Assembly (NCBI RefSeq): GCF_006345805.1
Contig: NW_021834661.1
Span: 1-59,633, forward strand
Length of the DNA stretch: 59,633 nucleotides
Reading direction: 5' to 3'
From: Octopus sinensis
Taxonomy: Eukaryota
Both the position numbers and the translations under genes were made by a program. The stretch's first letter is position 1. Each line of letters starts with the position of its first letter. The notes under the pieces are model-generated. The model did not search any database, had not been told where the DNA came from, and was given only the letters and a program-made list of their open reading frames with translations. Of the stretch, positions 54,705 through 59,633 are shown in pieces.

Positions 54705-55140
54705 AGGACGGATATTGATGTTTGGGACAGGCAAGAAACAGTATGCACCATCAGAGAGGTCAGCTGTTTTGCTGGTGTGGATATCTCTTTGAAAATCAAT
54801 GAGAAAAAAGATAATTATTGACAACTGCTTCGAAACCTCCAGCTTCTGTATCCAGATTACAAATTTACTATTATACCAAAAATAATTGGAGCATTTGGTT
54901 TTGTAATTAAATGCTTAACTGTCAGTCTAGATAAGCTTGAATTTTCAGAAAAAGAAATCAACCAACTGATTTTCACATTACAAATACAGTCTGTAAGCGG
55001 AACAGTAAAGCTATGCAAGACTTTTCTCGGGTTTAAAATGTGACATTGTTTTCGTTATCTACATTCCAAAGCTGGGACTTTGTATCTTTGCTAGAAACTA
55101 GATCCTTCTTCAAATGAAGAATTTAAGTAACTAAATACAT
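54705..55140 (+). mobile_element. 3' end of a related RLE LINE subfamily, preceded by the family C module
   Basis: RTDIDVWDRQETVCTIREVSC...LLRNLQLLYPDYKFTIIPKIIGAFGFV...VKLCKTFLGFKM. Confidence 0.7.
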
Positions 55141-55163
55141 ATCTATTTTTCTTGCCAGGTATA

Positions 55164-55560
55164 CGAGGTGGCATAGAAAGGTTCCTGAACTAGTTATGTT
55201 TGGTAAAAAAATAGCTTATTTACCTAATTTTTTAAAAATCTACGTCAAAATAGCTACCTTTTTCAGCACTACACACCAGTAAGATTGCCGAAGCATGCTC
55301 AATGTCTCCGTAGAAGACTTACAAAGTTTAATGCAAAATATCACGTTGTCTCTGTTCGTGTCTACGACAAAATCGCAGACTACAGCATACACGTGATCAC
55401 AGAAACACAAATTTCACAACTTGCGAAGTAAACACGGTGATGTTACTTAACACACTGCCTCATGAAGTTCATCGCTAGCTCTCACTGCGTATGCACCCGT
55501 GTGCTGCCATCTGTTGGGGGCGCTACAAAACTAATCTAGGAACAGTTTGATGCCATCTCG
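55164..55560. mobile_element. Mariner-type MITE (397 bp) with TA TSD
   Basis: TA|cgaggtggcatagaaaggttcctgaactagtt ... aactaatctaggaacagtttgatgccatctcg|TA. Confidence 0.8.
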
Positions 55561-55630
55561 TATATATGAAGTATACATACATACATGCATTGTACACATA
55601 CACAGGCATATATATATATATATATGTTCT

Positions 55631-56205
55631 TTTTACTCTTTTTACTTGTTTCAGTCATTTGACTGCGGCCATGCTGGAGCACCGCCTTTAATCGAGCAAC
55701 TCGACCCCAGGACTTATTCTTTTGTAAGCCCAGTACTTATTCTATCGGTCTCTTTTTCCGAACCGCTAAGTAACGAGGACGTATATATACATAGGCGCAG
55801 GAGTGGCTGTGTGGTAAGTAGCTTGCTAACCAACAACATGGTTCCGGGTTCAGTCCCACTGCGTGGCGCCTTGGGCAAGTGTCTTCTGCTATAGGCCGAC
55901 CAATGCCTTGTGAGTGGATTTGGTAGACGGAAACTGAAAGAAGCCCGTCGTATATATGTATATATATATATGTGTGTGCGTGTATGTTTGTGTGTCTATG
56001 TCTGTCCCCCTAGCATTGTTTGACAACTGATGCTGGTGTGTTTACGTCCTCGTCACTTAGCGGTTCGGCAAAAGAGACCGATAGAATAAGTACTGGGCTT
56101 ACAAAAGAATAAGTCCCGGGGTCGAGTTGCTCGATTAAAGACGGATGCTCCAGCATGGCTGCAGTCAAATGACTGAAACAAGTAAAAGAGTAAAGAGTAA
56201 AGAGT
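55631..56205. mobile_element. Inverted SINE-A pair: minus-strand tail 55631-55783 and full plus-strand copy 55791-56205
   Basis: 55631-55783 is the reverse complement of ~56043-56195, sharing variants such as gtcctcgt and gagttgctcgatt. Confidence 0.88.
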
Positions 56206-56223
56206 ATATTATATATTATATTA

Positions 56224-56336
<113 letters not shown>

Positions 56337-56489
56337 ATATATATATATACACACATACACTTTACAAGCATATATAGTTACATGTGTGTGTAAAACAACC
56401 ATAAAAACAAAAATAGAAATAACAAAAGGTACTAGAGCATTTCATAATCAATGTTTCATGCCCAAGGACGAATAGTGGAAAAAGTAAAA

Positions 56490-56526
56490 TGTGTGACGTT
56501 TCGGGCTTCGTCTTTCCTCAGATACA
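56490..56526 (-). ncRNA. Minimal type I hammerhead motif, slightly decayed
   Basis: TGTAT-CTGAGGA-AAGAC GAA GCCC-GAAAC GTC-ACACA. Canonical core and GUC site; mismatches in stems I and II. Confidence 0.55.
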
Positions 56527-56630
56527 AGAAAAGGCCAGGAGAAATCGGGAAGAGAACGAAGAAAAGACGAAAGGAAAAACGTACTTTTACTCAGTTTTAC
56601 AAGTTCCTGTGTATGTATATATATAGATAT

Positions 56631-57518
56631 ACTAGCTGACGTACCCAGTAATTCCCGGGAAAGCGGGGCTTATCCCTAACTTTCGTTCTCATAATTGCTT
56701 CGCTAATCACATAACAACAATACAAAGTATGTAGCCCTTAAAACGGTTTTTGTGCATTTACAGAGAATACCGAACTGTCTTACACAGGATCTTGTTCTTA
56801 GGAATTCCCAATAAGTTATGAATACCAAAATTGTGAAGTCAGTCATATAATAACATGAAATTAGTTACCCCAAAAAGGGCTTTAATGCGTTCCTAAAGTA
56901 TATAGAAATTAGGAGGAAATACTAATAAGGTATGTATACTAAAATCGTGAATCATATTACGTAATAACAGGCTAATCAGATATGAGATAATAACAATTCA
57001 AAGTAAATAACTCTCAAAAGGGCTTTTGTGCGTTCCCAGAGAATATTACCCTCAGGGGCGCTAGTGTTGGTATATTTATGAATAACTCACTAACCGAAAT
57101 AAGTGGATCTATTCTTTAGGAAAATACTATTTACTTGTTTGAGGGTTGTACTGGATAAATTGCGAAAATAACTCTAACAGTTCACATACTAAGAAATAAG
57201 TATACTGAATTTGATTTATACCAAATAATATAGGAAAATGAATGGGTTAATTCCCATGGCTGTTAAAATGAAATATATTAGCTACATATAAGGATCCATT
57301 CTAGGGGCGAATGGGTTATTTCCCTTGGCTGTTAAAAGTATTTCTTCCAGGGACCTTATTATCTATTTTTCAACACTCTTAGTGCGCCATGAGAATCTCA
57401 GACATGAGTTCTACTCACTCGTCAAGTTTCATCAAAATCGATAAAACGATGTAGGAGGAGTTAGCTAACAAATCCATAAACATACCCACAGACAGAATTT
57501 CCCACATATGTAGTAGAT
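56631..57518 (+). mobile_element. Helitron/Helentron-like non-autonomous element (DINE/HINE/Lep1-type ends)
   Basis: 5' actagctgacgtacccag...cccggg and 3' aagtttcatcaaaatcg...acagacagaatttcccacatatgtagtagat; internal short tandem duplications. Confidence 0.65.
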
Positions 57519-57613
57519 ACATATATATACATATATACATACATGCACACATATATATGTATCTATTTATGTGTGTGTATGTATATATATATATATAGAA
57601 AGAGAGATATGTG

Positions 57614-57658
<45 letters not shown>

Positions 57659-57701
57659 TAGATCGATAGATATCCATCTATCTATCTGCGTATCTATCTA
57701 G

Positions 57702-57785
<84 letters not shown>

Positions 57786-58139
57786 TGTGCTATAGAAAAC
57801 TGTAGCTATACAGATCGATCATTCAATATCTTAAATATCTATGATAACAATTGAAAGGAAATTAAAATATTCGATTATCCCTAATATATTTTAAAATTGT
57901 AACACTCTGCTGAACCGGCGAACAAAGCTGCCAGACGAACTTGTCTTTTATCCTGTCATAACTTTTGTGAAAGGGTTATCTTAGCCGAAATATTATATCT
58001 AATTTAACTTTTCTAAAACATTTCAATATCTCTATTATTGTTATCGATATTTAGTGTTCGATCAGCGTTGTAAGAGTCTGATATATAATACATGGTTTTC
58101 AAAATATTTCACAAAACTTCAAACAAGCTATATATAATA

Positions 58140-58184
<45 letters not shown>

Positions 58185-58363
58185 CATGGATAGATATACA
58201 ATCGTAGCTTTGCGGTAAGAAGTTTACTTCCCAACCACATGGTTCCGGATTCAGTTCCATCTTAGGCAAGTGCCTTCTATTACAACTACAAGCCGATTGT
58301 AGACTGAAACTGAAAGAAGCCTGCTTGATATATATATATGAGTGTGTGTATGTATGTATGTAT

Positions 58364-58401
<38 letters not shown>

Positions 58402-58723
58402 TATATATATTATATATATATATATATATATAGGGAAAAAATTTACTAATTTAATAAATTAACAAATTTTACCAAAGTGGTTTCGGTATGGAAAAGAACT
58501 ATATTCGGTAAAAAACTTATACCAAAAGTTTTCTTATATATTATCATAACAATAATTAAGAGTTTAGCAACAAGTTGCTTCACCACATACCGAAAATTTA
58601 GCAATAGCAGCTAAAAGACCGCTATTTCTTTTTCCTACAAAATATGCTTCCACAGATAACAAGATTTGTAACTCACATAGGTAAAAAGAAGAAAAATAAT
58701 GAAATCAAACAGTCTTCGATTAA

Positions 58724-58779
58724 TTATGGACGCGTTTCTGGATTAGAATTATAAAAATTCATTTCCTTTGTCAACATAA
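58724..58779 (-). ncRNA. Type I hammerhead motif with U3-A8 compensatory core, in a (TA)n-anchored repeat (58432-58815) related to the 555-bp unit
   Basis: ATTATG-TTGACAA-A GGA..GAATT TTTAT AATTC..TCC A-GAAAC GC GTC-CATAAT. Confidence 0.65.
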
Positions 58780-58967
58780 TATTTCGAGAATTATAAATTT
58801 CAAAATGCTAGAACTTACCCTTTGCATTTCTGATCAAGCACCATCAGAACATGCAGAGGGTAAGTCCTGGGGTCGATTTGTTCGACTAAAAATTATTCAA
58901 GGTGGTACTCCAGCATGGCCGCAGTCAACTGACTTAAACAAGTGAAATAAATGAAAGAATATATATA

Positions 58968-59633
58968 TCAGGTCATTAAGAATGAAATGTCCGATTTTCT
59001 TCTGTACCAAGTTTGACAGTCGTTAACTCTAATGGCAATTCGTTGTTTTACAACATTGAAGAGTTACATCATCAGTTTTTGAAATGCAATTCATGGTGTC
59101 TGATTATATTGTGGGTTTTCTTTTATAATCAATTTTTGTGGACCCAAGGATAGCTAAAAAATTATGAGTTCCATGGTGGAACCACTGCAATTCAAACATC
59201 AATGAGGTGTTAGATGAAGATGTTGGCGAATGAGCGCATGGTTTGAGAAGTTCCAGTCTGGTGACTTTACTCTTGAAAATAAGCCCCATGGTATAACTGA
59301 AACCAAGGTGGATAATGATGAGCTGGAAACTGTAGTAGAAATGGATACATCTAAACTACGCTTGAGTTAGCAGCAAGGATTGATGTTTCGATTCCAACTG
59401 TATTGGACCATCTGAAACAAGGTAAAGAAGCTGAACAAGTCAGCACCACACGAACTGAACGAGCATCAAATGACACGTCGTCTTGAAAATTGTTGTTATT
59501 TGCTGTCATGGTATAAAAGTGAACCATGTTTGCATCGTATTGTTACTTGTGATGAAAAGTGGATTCTTTACAACGATAGCAAGCGTTCTGAGCGGTGGTT
59601 GGAGAGAGACGAAGTGCCATAGCACAATCCAAA
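58968..59633 (+). mobile_element. Mariner transposon remnant, truncated by the window end
   Basis: TA|tcaggtcattaagaatgaaatgtccgat resembles a Mos1-type ITR. Frameshifted transposase from ~59130: WFEKFQSGDFTLENKP, PHELNEHQMTRRL, HRIVTCDEKWILYN (first catalytic D). Confidence 0.9.

Overview
Eukaryotic, AT-rich, extremely microsatellite-rich non-genic (intergenic or intronic) DNA. The repeat families look like those of an octopus or other coleoid cephalopod; this is inferred from recalled repeat sequences, not a database result. I found no host protein-coding exon I can support, and almost all ORF-track entries are translations of simple repeats. The main contents are: (1) an apparently full-length, frameshifted R4/Dong-like RLE non-LTR retrotransposon sitting in a (TAA)n tract (15516-19416, minus) plus a 3' fragment; (2) a decayed Penelope-like element (RT + GIY-YIG, about 37385-39420, minus); (3) RLE-LINE 3' ends embedded in (CATA)n tracts; (4) an RTE 3' end and a probable RTE 5' end; (5) a mariner remnant, several MITEs and a Helentron-like element; (6) many tRNA-headed SINEs. 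The most striking hidden signal, read by eye, is at least 12 type I hammerhead-ribozyme motifs in several families. They include a tandem array of a highly structured ~555-bp non-coding hammerhead unit (retrozyme-like, 10790-12230) and natural core variants (U4C, U4A, U3-A8, 10.1/11.1 mismatches). Other notable patterns are retroelements repeatedly inserting at the same nucleotide of tRNA-like SINE heads, and fold-back inverted duplications centred on (TA)n. All RNA folds and alignments were done manually, and repeat coordinates are approximate.
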